A DNA stretch of 64,000 bases from Phyllosticta citribraziliensis (taxonomy: Eukaryota). The notes under the pieces were generated by a model, which saw nothing but the letters and a program-made list of their open reading frames with translations, was not told where the DNA came from and searched no databases. The DNA lies in assembly GCF_038025025.1 (NCBI RefSeq), contig NW_027117345.1, positions 620,001 to 684,000 of the forward strand. The letters are read 5' to 3'. Position 1 is the stretch's first letter; each line of letters opens with the position of its first letter. The position numbers were made by a program, and so were the translations under genes. This document shows, piece after piece, positions 62,543 through 64,000 of the stretch.

Positions 62543-63826
62543 TGTGAAAGAAGGACGTTTGTCGCCGGGTTTGGGGTCTCCTTGGTCCTCGTTCGCCAGG
62601 TCAACGATTCGCTGGCGAGGCGGCAAGGAAGACACTTGAACTTTGCACTGGAGTAAAGGCGTTGGGCATGGAGGAGTTGGGTTATTCCCGCATCTTGTTG
62701 TTTTATCTTGGCTCGGAAGGCCAAATTCTTCTCGAACGGAAACTTGCCTTGGACGGACGAAACCAGAGTCGGCAAGTATTGCATCAGCAAGCGTGAGTCG
62801 CTCCTGGTGGCGGATTGGCCAAGTGCTTATCCTCAATCATCCATCTCGACTGTTGATACGCTCCTCTCTCGACTCTCTTCTGCTTCCTCCACGTCTTATC
62901 ATTCTTCCTATTTCAACACTGGAAGCGCACCGCTCCACGATTGTGAGCACTTCTTAGCTTCTTCGAGGTCTCACACTTGCATACGCGGTGTGGGAGATGT
63001 CTATTGAATTCTGCAAGGAGGACCTGGACGCAAGGGACCTTCAGTCAGTCACTCGCGCCAGAAGGAGAGGGCGAGATGTCGCAATATCCCCATCCAGTGG
63101 TCTGACTGTATTGTGACCTTGCTCGTCCAATGTTAGTCTTATTTTTTTATTTATTTTCTTTGGGTTGTACAATACCGGGAAAAAAGGGTCAGGCACGGTA
63201 GGGGGTTTTCTCGGTTGTCGGTCGGTCAGTGGTTTGGGTTTTCTTCCGGCGAGCTTTTGGCGGGCATGGGCTGGGGATCTGGACGGGGGTTTCTGCTTCA
63301 AGTGCATGAGGTGGAGATGTAGGTGCTGTTTTGCAAGAGCGGTGTTGGTGGTCTTGGTGTTGGGGTGTGGATTTGCCCGCTGTTTGGACCGACCATTGCC
63401 ATCCGCCGCCGTCGCGATTGCCGTTACCGCCGGGGAGAGGAGAGGATAGATGAAGGAGATATCAGCTAGACGAGCGGTATTCGGAAGACAAATCTGAACT
63501 AAACTGATTATTTGTTGGAATCCTGAATCCTCTCTGCCTGCCTGGCCTTGTCCATGGACCCCAACTGGAATACAGACGGATTCCAAATGTATGTGGACAT
63601 TGCAAACAACATATAAAGTGGTGTGGGTAGTAGTCAGCCCCGATGGATCTCAGTCGAAGCTCAAGAGTCAAAATCCCTGTCGCATATGACGTCGTGCTAG
63701 ACATGGACCAGGGCCAAGCTTGATGAGCCCTCGTCGACGTCTCCAATCAGCCCACTACTGCCATGTCACGCTTATATCCAGAGCCATCGCGCGTCCCCGC
63801 GAGCACTGCATCAACATCGCCCCAAC

Positions 63827-64000
63827 ATGGCCACACTGAGAGTTCACGGAGGCGGGAGCCTCCTCAACTGGCACGCCACGACTCCGCGCGTTTACATCAC
63901 GGCCGAGAGCGACGATTTTGACGAATACACACTCGAAGCCTGGCGCGACGAGGGCTTCGACGTCATGTACGTCCCTTTTGGCGAAGGCGGGAAGCAGTAC
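63827..64000 (+). CDS. 5' part of a probable dienelactone hydrolase-like protein (runs off the right edge)
   Basis: ATG 63827 is open to the window end: MATLRVHGGGSLLNWHATTPRVYITAESDDFDEYTLEAWRDEGFDVMYVPFGEGGKQY. This resembles the N-terminus of a conserved fungal family. Not in the ORF track. Confidence 0.6.
   Translation, partial: MATLRVHGGGSLLNWHATTPRVYITAESDDFDEYTLEAWRDEGFDVMYVPFGEGGKQY

Noticed and set aside
13249..62836. Many long antisense or alternate-frame ORFs overlapping real genes
   Set aside because: Expected shadows of GC-rich coding sequence
63763..63921. Out-of-frame ATG upstream of the right-edge gene
   Set aside because: It may lie upstream of the TSS, and there is no other support for a regulatory uORF
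1..64000. Transposons, CRISPR arrays, secondary-metabolite cluster, stwintrons
   Set aside because: No transposase/RT motifs, terminal repeats, spaced repeats or PKS/NRPS domains were seen, and no nested splice sites were found in the introns I examined

Overview
Eukaryotic, GC-rich filamentous ascomycete DNA with GT-AG introns and CTRAC/CTAAY branch points; a Dothideomycete-like origin is an impression only. I can model 19 protein-coding genes, most needing splicing that the ORF track does not show: a partial GH45 endoglucanase at the left edge (absent from the ORF track), a BrlA-like C2H2 transcription factor, a CDF metal transporter, DRS1, a large DUF4045/gelsolin-repeat protein, ARL2, a 10-Cys small secreted protein, UTP10, NRDE2, an F-box protein, a GPI-type cupredoxin, CENP-X/MHF2, a MIF/tautomerase-domain protein, SWC5, APC4, delta-COP/RET2, a DUF2420 acidic protein, a NIPA-type Mg transporter and a partial dienelactone-hydrolase-like gene at the right edge. 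I found no tRNA, rRNA, transposon or CRISPR feature that I can support. The most interesting locus is the C2H2 gene at 3412-5263. It has BrlA-like fingers, and its apparent architecture resembles the Aspergillus brlA alpha/beta locus: a 10-nt upstream coding exon, a 307-nt intron, a 24-aa N-terminal extension, an overlapping uORF ending in an AUGA stop/start overlap, a cluster of CATTCY (AbaA/TEA-type) sites and about 8 kb of gene-free upstream DNA. Family assignments come from motif recognition, not from database searches.
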